A stretch of 60,819 nucleotides of DNA, counting the filler, from Sphacelaria rigidula (lineage: Eukaryota): assembly GCA_964200075.2 (NCBI GenBank). It is 10 parts of 10 records of this genome, joined end to end, with 100 filler letters (N's around TTAATTAATTAA, not from the genome) between each part and the next. Parts side by side here need not be neighbours in the genome. Positions count along the whole stretch, not along the records: positions 18,277 to 24,268 come from CAXNAA020022961.1; positions 24,369 to 30,360 come from CAXNAA020022962.1; positions 30,461 to 36,452 come from CAXNAA020022963.1; 7 more parts are not named here. The stretch is one strand, 5' to 3'. Made by a program: the position numbers and the translations under genes. Below the pieces are notes generated by a model, which searched no databases, was not told the DNA's origin, and worked only from the letters and a program-made list of their open reading frames with translations. Below are positions 23,373 through 36,022 of this stretch, piece by piece (positions within the stretch are counted from its first letter, which is position 1; each line of letters starts with the position of its first letter).

Positions 23373-23737
23373 GGTACACCACACTTGATGCGAAAACCTA
23401 GCTACAACTATTCCGAAGAAGACATCACACAACGCATGGACGCGATCGCACAACGCGTGTTACGCCCACACCCCCAGACTGCTCCTCTCCGCAAAATGCG
23501 AGCCCCTGGCTGTAAAATTCCCACAAGCGTATGCTTCCTCGACAGAATGCCCCTGCCTCGAATCCCCGGCCCCCAAGCTTACGCTTCTGGGAATTTCACA
23601 GCCAGGAGCTCGCATTTCGCGGAAAGGAGCGGTTTGGGGTGTGAGCGTAACACGCGTTGTGCGATCGTGTCCATGCGTTTATTATGTTTTTTTTCGGAAT
23701 AGTTGTAGCTAGCTTCTCGCATCAAGTGTGGTGCACC
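23373..23737. repeat. Long inverted repeat (~164-bp arms, 38-nt loop) overlapping a Helitron Rep-like motif
   Basis: 23373-23536 is the reverse complement of 23575-23737 with scattered mismatches; both strands give near-identical peptides in the ORF track. The left arm begins within IEWQARGTPH, resembling the Helitron HUH motif (vEfQxRGxPHxH). Confidence 0.85.
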
Positions 23738-25039
23738 CCTCCCCCTCTCGTCAATGGTCAAATGACTAAGGCAAGCAACAAATGAGTACGCCCCCCCCCC
23801 CCCCCCCCCCTCCTCCCCCCCCGCCCCGCGGGTCCACCAACGACCGCCCGCCCCCCCGCCCGCGTCACAACGGGAGCCGGCGGTGCGGCGCNNNNNNNNN
23901 NCCCTGCGCCCCCCACAGCGGGGGCCCCCCCCCCCCCCCCCCATGAGCCGAAAGGGCGACAGCAACAAACAAAGGAGGAGCGCCCCCCCCCCCCCCCCCC
24001 CTCTCCCTCTCTCTAAAAGTCGTGAAACTGGTGGGAGATGCAAAAACCTTGCGGATGACCAGCAGCACGCAGAGTAGTTGGCCCGATTCATGGAAATGGC
24101 ATCTTCTGCGAAGATACGTTGGCTTGATATTGTAAATGAACACACTTGCAAGAGACCCGCGGAGAACAGAAAAGGGCAGAAGTAACAAACCTCTTCTCGC
24201 CAAAGCGCTCACGAAGAGGTTTATCGGGAGGGGGGGGGGGGGGGGGGGGACTCAAAGAGGGGAAGAGCNNNNNNNNNNNNNNNNNNNNNNNNNNNNNNNN
24301 NNNNNNNNNNNNTTAATTAATTAANNNNNNNNNNNNNNNNNNNNNNNNNNNNNNNNNNNNNNNNNNNNGGGGGGGGGGTGGGGGGGGGGGTGGGGGGGGG
24401 GGTTCACCGTCCTGTCGCGTTGTGCGTGGTTTTGTTCGGGGGGTATCCGTTGATGTGAAAAGACGGCGTCAAAGCTTGTCGATCGCAACCGATGGTAGCA
24501 CCGTGCGTGGAACACCTGCGCGCATTCTCGAATTCGATGAAAGACAACGCATAATTCTTCTCGCCAGAGGGAAATGTTCGAAGGGGAGTATCCGAGTCGT
24601 TTCCGTGACGGAATCTAGTGGGCAATGGGCTGTCCGTGTTGCGTTGAAACCGACTTTTTGGTTGAGGGGGGAAGCACAAACCCGCAGCTGATCGATACCA
24701 AGACACGAACGGTGCCCGTCTTAGTCGTGGTTGACGAGCACCCACCCCCCCTCCACCCTGTCGGGCATGATCGGAGCGCTGTTCCTCGCGCAAGACATGG
24801 GATCCGTGCGCTGCCACCATTTCCCCTGTGGTTTAGAGTAAAAAGAGTGCCCACCCGACTTACTTCTCTCGATTCTTCGACGTACTGAATATGACGCGTT
24901 ACGGGTTCACCTCCACAGGTTACTCCTTCCGAATAAGAGCTTGTGCTCGGTACTTCTACTACAAACAGTTCGCCAGTCGGGTTGCCCACTTGAGCCTCAT
25001 GTCAGAGTTAAACCTCAATTCGCACAATTTGCTGTTATA

Positions 25040-25418
25040 GGTTGTCCACCAAGCGCAACGGAAAAACCTTGGGGTCGGAGATGCGAATGTGCAATCTTTC
25101 GAGTCGGACGTTGGTACCGCTATCTGGGACATTGGAGATATGTCTCGTATGCATGTGCGTGGGCGAAACGATTTGTGGATTCCGAGTTCTGACAAGCAGT
25201 TGCAGATACGTCTGATGATTTGCGCGCACATGCGCGACGCTGGGCATCGTGGTGTGACTGCTGACATCGTGCGTTTGCAAGAGTTTTGTGTCTGGCAGGG
25301 GATAGAAAATCATATGCGCGAATTTGTCCGCGAGTGTCTTTACTGTGCTGACTCGAGGGCGGGCGATGTTGTTTCCCGCCCGCTGGGCGAAACGGTCCAT
25401 GGGACCACGCCGAATGAA
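25040..25418 (+). mobile_element. Gypsy integrase N-terminal H2C2 zinc-binding fragment
   Basis: LWIPSSDKQLQIRLMICAHMRDAGHRG...WQGIENHMREFVRECLYC (H-x5-H...C-x2-C); same family as 60310-60600. Confidence 0.85.
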
Positions 25419-25737
25419 GCGCCAACCAGCTCGACTCCACCGGATCGTACCGTGGCGGCTTCGCCTTCACCGCGGATGCCCCAGGCTTCAGCTGAACACG
25501 CATGGGCTCCACACGCGCAGGGAGATCACCCCGCAGCGCACGACGAAACGCGTTGACGCGGCGATGCAAGATGCCGCGCAGGCGTTCCACTTCGGGGACG
25601 CTGAGGCCTTTCGCCACAGCACCCGTCACTCTCTCCTCCAGCGCGACCTTTCGAGCGGACTCCTCTACCGCCGAGTCTATGAACATATCCGGGCCGCGCT
25701 CTACTAAGCGTTCCACCGCCGCATCCCGCTCCTCGGA
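25419..25737 (-). mobile_element. Gypsy protease-RT linker fragment, inverted relative to the adjacent integrase piece
   Basis: ERLVERGPDMFID...RVEPMRVQLKPGASAVKAKPPRYDP; homologous to 9915-10230. Confidence 0.85.
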
Positions 25738-25768
25738 GTGAAAGTGACAGGTATCGAACCCCCACGAC

Positions 25769-25870
25769 TAACGTTTGTGACGATTTATAGGCCGCCGATT
25801 AGACTACCGTACAGTCAGCGCTGACTGTACGGTAGTCTAGTCGGTTGCCTATAAATCGTCACAAACAGTA
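25769..25870. mobile_element. Near-perfect 94-bp palindromic MITE flanked by TA
   Basis: GTTTGTGACGATTTATAGG...TAGACTACCGTACAGTCAGC|GCTGACTGTACGGTAGTCTA...CCTATAAATCGTCACAAAC (25773-25866); TA dinucleotides at 25769 and 25869. Confidence 0.85.
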
Positions 25871-27976
25871 TAGTAGCGGAAGAAGTGACTAATGATATGA
25901 AGAAGAAAAAAAAGACAGTGGAAGCGGAGAGGAAATCAGGAACAGAAAAAACAAAGAACAGAAGGGGGGAAACCCTAGATCATTGACATGGTATGATGCG
26001 ATACTAACGACCATGATATGACTCGCGGCATTGCGCAGGTACGTTCGGGGCGAGCAAAATCGAAAAGCAAAAGCGACAGGGGCGAACGGGGGGGCGTAGT
26101 GTTAGTGCGGGCTCTTCTGATGTTCGTGTGGAATTCCGAAACCTCAAATTAAATAAAGACGTAAATAGGAAATAAAAATATAACAAAATGAAACAAAAAT
26201 AAATATAAAATGTGGGTCACTGTGAAGGGAAAAGTCAAACGCAACGCTACAGTAGAGGCAGGGTGGACAAGACAAAATGATCAATGCGTGAGCCCGGCAT
26301 ATAATATCTTACACAATCGACACGTCTACTGCTGCCGAGCAACGGCACTGGTTGCCCCAAGTTTGCCGATGCGAAGAAACCACGATGCGTCCGTAGTGTC
26401 GTGGCGAAACGTCGTTTGCCCCATGAATTGACGATAGGTTGCCCCATGACGTGAAGTGAAGATACCGCTTGTCGAGTGGATGAGATGTGTCGGAGTGTAG
26501 GTCGATGTGAAGATACCAGTGCAGTGACGACATGTTGTGACGAATAGCGGAGGCGAATCCGAGGCAACTTGACCCAAGCAAATGACTTTTCACAACGCCG
26601 CACATCAATCGAATCATACTAGGGGGTATTCGCCATTGCTGAGCGTAGACCATTTTTCGCCCCCAGGGTGACTCCAGCACAAATGCTCTGTGGTCGTCGG
26701 TCAGTATTAATTCGGACACACAAAGAATGATCCGAACAATTGCTCGAGAAGCCCTGTGCGTGCGCTCAGAGTTCGTTGGTACAAAGTTGTAGAAAGCGCA
26801 AGCACGCTGCCACCGCACACAGTACAGTGCAACCACTGCGCGGCTACGCGTCTGGCTAACATGTAACGGCCAGGGACACAAAAGCTGACACGAGTGCTAT
26901 TTACAGTACACAGATGAACAATGAACGCGGGTTATAGTCTCGCAATACCTCCAGGTGCACACTACAAAGAACCACTGGCTATGTGTACTCTGCACACGAA
27001 GGTTCGCCGGCTTCCGTCTCGGAACACTTCACCCTCTAGTAGTGAATCGACAGCACTTACCTCCTGCCTACGAAGCACTTCGTACACAGCGTGCCCGCTG
27101 TAACTATGGGACACATTATAGAACGTGTGCACAGTACTGTAATATTTCCGAACAGATTTCGTACACGGAAGCAGGCGCTACAGCACACCGTCTGTGTGAT
27201 CATGGGGGTGGGTGCGGTACTTAGCCATGCGCGGGTGCGCGCACAGGTCCACGTGAAAGGATGAACCACAGGACGTACCTGTACTGTCGTGTTGGCACGG
27301 AAGGTATCGGGCATACGCTACAACCAGGTGTCTCAGCAGCTAAGCTGATTGTCTCTTCGAGGAATCCGCAGGCATGTCACCTAAAAACACGTGAGCGGTG
27401 CTTGGAAGACCCCAAGCTAAAAAGAACGCACGATTGTTGCGCTACACCGTATGCAGACAAAACGTGAAACATGGCAGCTCTACAGCGATGCGACTATGCA
27501 GTACAGCTTATCCTTCTCGCTTGTACACCATGTTGTGGTCTGACCGCAAGGTGATAAGGGTGTCACTCTCACGGAATATACCAGGCCAGGCGTTGCACGA
27601 AGCAAGCAGCTGGTGGCAATGAACGATTGCAGTCGAGTGGAGTGACTCTCAAGCTCGTGACTAACAGACCTTTGAGTTCGAATCAGCACTGCATCATGAG
27701 GTAAAACATAGACTCCCTTTCACGTGCAGAGAAGTGCTCTTGACTTTCTTGCAAGCGAGATGTCTCCAACTGGTGGCTGATAGCTTTGTTATTAGGCCTA
27801 CTGGTGAGCTAGAACCGAAGTTGCTTGGCGGTGGAAAGTTGTAATGTGCTAGGGGCCCGGGTGAACCACGCCGAATTGGAATACAACACCAAGATGTGAA
27901 TGGAATTAGACCTACTGCACTTGCAACGCGTACTTCGAAACGCCTTCTATATTTCCAGTCGGTATCCGCTGTAACA

Positions 27977-28102
27977 CGTCTTCCGTGCCCCCAAAGCGTA
28001 TATGCGAAAGCACCAATTTCGGGCTAAAAACGTCCCCTTTTTCGCCCCGGTATTAAGGCAAAAAGGTGCTTTCGTACATACGCTTTGGGGGCACGGAAGA
28101 CG
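27977..28102. mobile_element. Small MITE with 38-bp TIRs
   Basis: CGTCTTCCGTGCCCCCAAAGCGTATATGCGAAAGCACC / GGTGCTTTCGTACATACGCTTTGGGGGCACGGAAGACG. Confidence 0.8.
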
Positions 28103-28384
28103 GGCAACCCCCAAAAATAGTTCCAAGGAGGTCGAGGGACAGATACCGTCCATATGAAATTCATTGATCTTGACTTTAGGTCAAGGACAGCACTGTTTTC
28201 GAGTTGAACCTCACCCTAAGGTTGAACCTCAAAAACGGACCCAGGTTGTTCTGGGCCTTATCAGGTTTGCCCTACTCAGAAAAACAAGAGGTGGTTTTCC
28301 TGACCCCATCTCCGAACTTGTCTACTCGTGTTCGAGGCGCTCTTCCTCAGCAGTGGGGAAAAAGCTATAGTCTGGTACTGAAGA

Positions 28385-30060
28385 TTATAGTGCCACGCTT
28401 CGCTGGGTGAGCCGAGGATTGCCAGATGTTCCACTATGTGACCTGCGGTTTTTTGTTTCGAAGATAATGTCATAAGCTCGTTGAATCTTTTCTACTGGCT
28501 CGTATCCGTGCTGTCTTTTCAACTCCTCTTCCGTCTCATGAAACACACGAATAGGTATCAGTTGTAGCCTCTGCCAGATGACCTGGACAGGAGGACTATC
28601 CACGCGGAAGCATTCAGCCGTGCGATCGACAGGTACCACGCCTGCCGAAAAACCCTGTTCGGTACCAAGACTCACCTGTCGCCAGGGCTGCCCTCCAGCA
28701 CTTGATATCGATAGCTGCGAATCGTCGATCCAACCAGACCCAGTTGCCGAATATGCAGACGACGCCGTTATGGCCGTCGCAGCAGTAGGGAATGCACCAG
28801 TCACGGATCCTGCCTGGCCGAGGGGTTGCGAGCTATTCGCTCCAGCACTCCCCACCGAAGTATTTGCATTTCCCACCTACACTGTCCGCCCCGCTACGGA
28901 CGAACCATAAGGTCTAGAGTCACCACCTGATGACGTAGTGGAAGAAACGGCAGCGGAGGAACCATCATCCGCCGCCGATTGCTTGCTACCGCGGCCGCCG
29001 CGCCCGCGTCCCTGATTGACACGGCCCCGTCCACCGTGACGACCGCCCCGAGCTCCTGATAAGTCTCGTGCATTGCCCTGCGCCGCACCTTGAGCGCGAG
29101 GCTTGGGACAGTCGTTGATCATATGTCCGGTGTCGCTGCAGTTGTAACACGCGCGAGTGGATGACTCTCGCGAAGACGGCAGCTGTTTCTGTTGCTGTTG
29201 GTGTTTGCGGCGCATACCGCCTGTACTTGTTGCAGAATCGCGTCGGCCATGTGCCTCGATGAATTTCCTTAGGTCGGCGGCATCAAACATTGTTTTGAAC
29301 ACCACCATCGGGTTCTTTTTCCAGCCGTCCATATACCTTAGTACACTTGTAACATACGCCTTGAATCCCGGAGGCGAAATCCCGTCCACCAAAAGCCATT
29401 GAAACCGACTCGACCGGACCTGGCAACCAACTTCTGTGCTCGGCACGGTACATGGCTTGCACCATCAGGTTCTCTGCAAAACACCGTTCCATATATGAAC
29501 TGACCATGATCGCACGATCCTTCACGGAATCTCCACTACTTTGTGGCATAATAAGAACTCTACGCAGGTCTGCTGCAGTCTGCGCAGTGTCACGCTTACC
29601 GCCGATTGTAGTATACCTGACATGCTGCTTCACAGTATCTAGCAATTCGTCGGGGATCATAGGCCGACGGTCCTTGTACATATCTTCGAAGCACAGGTAA
29701 ATATAGGTACGAATGAGCTGTACGATACTCACTGTCTCATGCCGTATGACTCCTGTACAATTGGCTGAAATCAGCCTCTCTAAATAGTCGAGATATGCGG
29801 CGTAAAACCTTCTTGACGCCTCTTCAGTCCGCACTTCGCCATACTTGGGCGGCTCCAGTGTCTCACCTAACACCAGCGGCGCTGCCGCCGCTTGAGCTAT
29901 GTCGACTGCAATTCCACACTTTACTGAGAGACTTTTGCCTGACTTGTGCGTTTTCCAGCCCACGGAGCGTCCCCCATTGCTGTGCGCTTCAAGTTGTCTC
30001 TCTGTCTGCGGGCTAAACTGGCTCAAGCTGCAGTCCACTTTCCTCTCAGCCAAATAGCCT
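28385..30060 (-). mobile_element. Ty3/Gypsy gag (frameshifted) with CCHC zinc knuckle and RGG tract
   Basis: Overlapping ORFs 29283-30053, 28877-29446 and 28385-28876; CYNCSDTGHMINDC is CX2CX4HX4C; followed by RGGRHGGRGR. Confidence 0.8.
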
Positions 30061-30094
30061 CTAACAGAGTTCCGGAAGCATAATATCTAGATAT

Positions 30095-30359
30095 TGTAGC
30101 CTCCGCCAGATGATCTGGGCAAGAGGATTGTCCACGAGGGACCCCTCCAGCAGCACGGGCCTCGTGCGCGATTAGTCCTTTCTTCTAATTGGATATTATT
30201 GCGGAGTGATCCTTCACAGACCACAACACGAGCCATAAGCAAGGGGCCATACAGATAAGGGCCATCAATCCAGAATCCCCTGTCCCCCGCCACTGCTCGG
30301 TTAGACACCCATGAGGCAGTGTAAAAGCCATGGCTGTCTCTCGAAGTGGCGGTACCACA
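30095..30359 (-). mobile_element. Putative 5' LTR and PBS of the gag-bearing element
   Basis: Minus strand runs TG...CAGATCA, then TC-TGGCGGAGG (TGG-initiated, PBS-like) just upstream of gag. No second LTR is available to confirm. Confidence 0.35.
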
Positions 30360-30838
30360 GNNNNNNNNNNNNNNNNNNNNNNNNNNNNNNNNNNNNNNNN
30401 NNNNTTAATTAATTAANNNNNNNNNNNNNNNNNNNNNNNNNNNNNNNNNNNNNNNNNNNNCCCCATGTCTAGTAGTTCCTATATCTAAGGGAGATAGCGC
30501 CAATACCAAAATCTCCATGAAACTCCCGATCGATGCATTTAGGGGATGGCGACGAATGTTGGTGTGGAGGACCGCAAAAGAGTGCCGAATAAAAAAAAAT
30601 GGTCTTCATTTTTTTTTTTCATAGAGGTTAGGGCGTTCTCGTGAAGAAATGGTCTTCACCACAGTAGAACGCCCTAATCCAGTGAAAGAAAATGAAAAAA
30701 ATCAACCTGACCTACTTTTTTTGTGAATTATGCCTCAGAGAGCACCCACACAAAAATTCAATACACGAAAACCAAACGTGGGCCGGTGAGTGGCCTGCGA
30801 AATACTGTTCCGAATTTCAACCGATCTGGTTTTTGATA

Positions 30839-31112
30839 GGCCCATGTTCTTTTAGACGTTTAGAGTTGGACCCTGAAATTTGGTATGGACAATGAATAGG
30901 GCATGAAAAGATAAGTTATCTCCGTACCAAAAGTTTTTCCTTCTTTCATGGGTTGAGGGCAATACTCAGTTTTCAGGTATCAGTAAAATGCGTTCAACTC
31001 GTGAAAAAAAAGGAAAACCTGTAGGTACCGAGTTTTTTTTCTCTTTAATGCCTCAAGCATTGTCATAACAAATTACAGGGCCCAACTCTTAAGGTATGAA
31101 AGAGCATGGGCC
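30839..31112. mobile_element. Diverged foldback element
   Basis: GGCCCATGTTCTTT..AGAGTTGGACCCTGAAATTT pairs with AAATTACAGGGCCCAACTCT..AAAGAGCATGGGCC; imperfect pairing continues inward. Confidence 0.65.
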
Positions 31113-32538
31113 TGCAAACTTGAAACCCGCCTCTAGGCTGCCCAGCTCGTAGTCAGTCTTCATTGGTTCTATTCCTTCACCTGGGTGAGAAATCTGCGGC
31201 CACATTTTTCGGGGAATTTCTTTTTCCCCGAAAAAACTCGGGAAAATGTTGAAAAAAATCGTGTTGACATCGACTGGAGTTTCACACCTCAAAGAATATG
31301 GCGCTTCCAGTAACTCATTCTTTCTCTGTTTACAATTGCGCGGTATGATAGGCCGTGCGTTTGTCGAACAAAGCACGCCCCCAAATATCTCCAGTATACA
31401 TGGACTACCGACGACGCGGTGGATGTGCATCACGAGTTCAAGTTTCATCGTTGTGGTGAAGTCACCAATAATTAGTATGTGCCTCTTCAATTTCAATGTT
31501 TATGTAATGAGAGATGCGACAAAGCGCATAAGAACGAGCCACGCAAAGCTCCCAAATATGGATAAGCCATGCTCTCGAACGAACGCAACAATTTTTCGCC
31601 TGTACTTGCCCCGCAACACTTCATTGTAAAACTTCCACGTGGATTCCCACTTTTCTCCACAGCGACCTCATCTACACCAGTAGGGATGCCTCAACCGCAA
31701 TAAATCATTCTGCAAATTTAGTGGCTACCTTCAACTGGCCTCCATCCTAGTGCTTTCATAGGACATGCAAACCGATCACCAACAGCGCTGGATCTTCGTT
31801 GCCACCTCTGTTAACCTTCGAGAAGATCCAAAATCAACAGTCTAAAGAACGACCATAGCCGGAACGTCCGCCCAACTACGAGTGGGCGTTCGGCACGGTT
31901 TCTGTCATGCTCCGGAATTTTTGTGTAATGCTATATTTTCACAGGCTCCGCTTCGAGAACGCTGGTTGAACCACTTACAACAACGTTTTCATTATTCTGA
32001 GATTAGAGCGCTGATTGAGTGTGGCTTTGACCATTCGCTTTAACTTGGCCGATTTTTCATTCCATGTGCGCTTTTCTTTGCCTCCATCACTGGCGTGTGC
32101 TTACAGCTACACGTCGACATCCTACTCAGGGATATCAAGGGCTTCAGTGGCAAGCTACTGCAGAAAGCATATCCGGCCTCGTGGAGGAACATTTCGGAGC
32201 TGAAACGATTTATTCACTGATTGACCGCTTTTCACTCCCAATCGTATCCTCTACTCTTGATCTCACGGAAACTTTGTTTTACACGTTTTGGACAGGAAAG
32301 CACAGTATTTCGGACAAACAACACCGAACCACCCACAGTCAAAAACAGCAACTATCTCGTGACCTAACCTACATAAACCGCTGGAAAACAACAACGAGAA
32401 AAAAAAAAAGAAGGATCGAAAACACACACACAAAACACGCGTGTGAGAAAAGGACCCAACACTACCGACTGTTCGTCCCCCGAACACCATTTACGAGATA
32501 CATATAATATATATATATTTGAACGTGCGTAAGTAAAA

Positions 32539-32664
32539 TCACGCCTCCTCCTCTTCCTTTTTCTTTTTCTTCTTCTTCTTCTTCTCCGAACTTGGGCTTT
32601 GGACGCTATCGTCTTCCTCCACCGCGCTTTCACCGTCCGACGTCAACGTCCGCTTTTTCGACTC
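32539..32664 (-). CDS. CBF5: Dyskerin/CBF5 terminal exon (Lys/Glu-rich tail)
   Basis: AAG acceptor, phase 0; ESKKRTLTSDGESAVEEDDSVQSPSSE-polyK-EEEEA-TGA; in phase with the upstream exon. Confidence 0.75.
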   Translation of the reverse strand, partial: ESKKRTLTSDGESAVEEDDSVQSPSSEKKKKKKKKKEEEEA

Positions 32665-33977
32665 CTTCAGAAGCAAATTGTGTGGGCGGGGGGAGATAGG
32701 TGGGAGCAACACAGGGAGCGAAGACGAAGTAAAACTAAGGCGTAGTCAAGCAGACGTTTCGATGCACAGGCAAGAGCTCAATTTCGAAATTGCACAGCGG
32801 ACACGAACACTGCACCAACAACAAAGGGCACATCGAAGAGACACATTTTCTCCAGGAGGAATGCGGGTAAGAAGTCGGCACGAGCATGCGCATAAAAAAT
32901 TATGCGCACCATATCATACATGGCGATGCCAGTAGGCACAACGAACACTCGGGGTACAAGCCTCAGAACTCCCCCTCCCCTCCTACAGAACAAAGTATTG
33001 ACAAGTATAGCGAGCATGAACGGATAGCGCGATGGTCGTGAACGTTTGCGCACATTTTTCTATTTTTAAAAATCGCCTTCAAAATCCTTGGATTCTATTC
33101 ATACTCTATTTTTTCACCTTGTTCAATCAGATAGGGAAGCAAGGACCTTGCTCCTTCTTGTTCATCAATTCAAAAGTTTTGCGATAGCGTCTTCGGTCTT
33201 TCGTCATGATGAACAAAAAACATGGAGGTACGAGATGGGCCAGCCGTAAAACTTACAAACGCACATCAAACGACACCTTTTCAGGTTTCCAGGATCTGCC
33301 CTGTTTAAGCATATTGCCGTTAACTGCAGGCCAACGTTGCCATGCACGCTCTATTGCGAAAAAAGGGGAAAACGAAAAAAAATCTACCGCATAATATATG
33401 ACCTAAACGACAGCACCAGATTCTTCGAAAAAAAAAAGGGTATCCGTCGGGATTAGAACTCGTGACCCCCATAACTAGAGTCTTCCGTATCACTTAGATA
33501 TACAGTAGTGGTGCAGCGGTTTTACACAAGCAGCTCCACGCTAGTCCCATTTTTTAGAGTTTCCAGCCGAAAGTTTGCCAAAATCTTGTACGCGCAAGTA
33601 GAAATTTTATTTCCGGACATGTTTTGTTATTTTCACGGAGTTGTGGCATTATTCAGCTTGTTTTACTGAAACAAAATTCAAATCGCTTCAACCTTCTGTT
33701 TTTTTTACTTCCCGACATACTCAGATATGTTGCGCGTGTTGGCGATAAATATGTCGTGTCGAAATTTCAGCGCTGAACTCCTCAAATTGAGCACCGCATC
33801 ACCCGATAATAAAAAAAAAAACATGAGCTAGTACCGCTCGTAGTCAAAGAAGCACACACACGAAACAAAACCGAAAGCGGAAATCCGAACGAGTGTCTCA
33901 GTCGCCATCACAAAAAGAAGCACATTTACAAGAAAAAAAATAACAAGTTCAAGAACTACGCAAAAAAAAAACACTAA

Positions 33978-34449
33978 GGCTACTTCTTATGTATCAAAAA
34001 ATAAATCTTGTTGAAAAGTGCATTTTTGGCCCTTCTCCGTCGTTTTTCCCCCGAAAAGAGGGCTTAGAGGATGTTGACACCTTGGGATGACTTGCTCTAC
34101 TCGCCGAGACCGTTCCAGAGCACCTTTGCGTTCTCTGTAGGTCACAGTTTCGTTCTTGGTGGAACTTGTATTTTCAATAACAAACGGCCAAGCTATCAGA
34201 AAACACGGTGAAAACTCACGTTTTTTTGTTGACTTGACTGTTCGTTATTGAAAATGCAAGTTCGACCAAAAAAATAACCGTGACCTACGGAAAACGCAGC
34301 GGTGCTCTGGAACGGTCTCAGCGAGTATAGAGCAAGTCATTCCAAGGTGTCAACATCCGCCTAGCCTTCTTTGCGGGGGAAAAACGACAGAGAAGAGCCA
34401 AAAATGCATTTTTCAACGGGCTTCTTTTTTTTTCACGTAGGAAGTAGCC
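33978..34449. mobile_element. ~470-bp foldback element in a dyskerin intron
   Basis: Arms pair along their whole length, e.g. GGATGTTGACACCTTGGGATGACTTGCTCTA / TAGAGCAAGTCATTCCAAGGTGTCAACATCC and GAGACCGTTCCAGAGCACC / GGTGCTCTGGAACGGTCTC; centre near 34212. Confidence 0.85.
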
Positions 34450-35009
34450 CAAAGGGTCGGAAAAATAACGAAGCGTCTGGGAAGTAGTTGATTTCAGTGT
34501 CATTGACTCGTACCGAAAGAATCAACCCTTAGGCTTCGTTTTCAGCGTTGCACTCCCCGGGCACGTAGAATGGCGAAAAAAGTGCGGGGGGGATGTTTCT
34601 GACCCGCGGTCAACTTTTTTTCGCTCTTTCGAGCAATCAGACCTCGAAAATCGTAAATTTGGTGATTCGAACCGGCGATGATTCGTCTGGCCCCTGAATA
34701 AATTGGAGCATATTCATATCTCGTCCATCAATTCCTCGTCGACCAAGCACCCCCTCCCCCCCCCTCCTTTACAGAATAAGGGGCACGTATCAAAGTACTG
34801 AAAAGAACCAGGGTTCGAATGGCAACCTAGTGGGGAACAGAAGGGGGCTGATGATGAAATCATGGGTCAAGTTTTTGTGCGAGAAGCAAATTATGTTTCA
34901 CTATTTTTGAAAGCGTGCATCGAACTACTATATTTTCCAGCTTTGCATCATTACCTGCTTCCCCCCCCCAATAAAATAAAATAAAATATAATAAAATAAA
35001 AAAGTATAC

Positions 35010-35288
35010 CTTCTTGTCTTTGTCCTTCTTGTCCTTTTTCTTCTTCTTCTTTTTCTTCGATCCTTCCTCGGCTTCTGATCCCTCCGTCGCACCCCCCTCA
35101 CTTGCGTCCTTTTCAGCACTCGGTCTCTTCACCGGTGCTGCTGGCGTCGCCGGATCCGACCCGTTCGTCTCTACGACATCTGACTTAGGCGCGACCGACT
35201 CGGTCTTGACTACGTTGAGGTCCTGGTAACCCGTTTTCCAGTCCGTCGGTGTCTTGTCGTTGCTGCGCCCGTGCTTGTCGAGGAGGCC
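35010..35288 (-). CDS. CBF5: Dyskerin/CBF5 penultimate exon
   Basis: CAG acceptor and GT donor; 279 nt, phase 0-0. GLLDKHGRSNDKTPTDWKTGYQD matches the conserved GxLDKxGxxNxxTPxxW motif; KKD-rich tail follows. Confidence 0.9.
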
Positions 35289-36022
35289 CTGTTTGATTTC
35301 ATACATCACCCCGTGGGGGTGGAGGAGGGGGGATAAGTTGTGAGATGACCATGGCGACTTATATATCAGCGATTTGTATTTTTGGGCCGTTTGTGCGGTG
35401 ATTCTTTTGATCTCATAGCAATCCTTGTAGAGCACACAATGATACCGACCAACAGCGGATTTTGTGCTGTACATACACACCAAGCCAGCCTTACTTCTAC
35501 GACGCCAATAGCAAAATTCGACCCACACCGATACTGGTACACGACAGCCAGATGCACGCTCGAAAAAACGAGTTACCGCCAAACAAAACACCCTATCCCC
35601 TCCCCTCCCTCGCCCCCTTACAAAACCAATTCAAATACTTGCCTCGCAAACACAAGAGACAACGGGGATTACACAGATGAGGCAACCCAGCCGACAATTC
35701 GGAATCGGTAATCACAACCTTCCCCCTTCAAGCGAAAAGTGGTACTACCAGTCATCATCCACACCGTTCGGATATTGGTGCTTCAGCATACATACCGACC
35801 GCCGTTGTTTCCTCAAAGCATCATTGGAATGTTTACGCCTAGGGCTACTTGCTTCTGCATTAATATTGATGTTATGTCATACTCCATCAGTCACTCGAAC
35901 CAAAAGAGTACTTGCCCCGAGGCAAGCAAGCCCCCCCCCCCCCCCCGCCCCCCCCCCCACCACCCCCCCCCCCCCCCAAAGACACTAGGAGGACCCGAAT
36001 ACATGCATAAAAAGTCACTAAC

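Noticed and set aside
26247..26881. Overlapping minus-strand ORFs up to 190 aa
   Set aside because: No recognisable domain, splice pattern or codon bias.
31089..31900. Possible decayed transposase (YTGDIW-like word)
   Set aside because: A single short word in a stop-ridden frame is insufficient support.
34860..35591. 243-aa ORF as a standalone gene
   Set aside because: Only 35010-35288 is dyskerin exon; the flanks are intron read-through.
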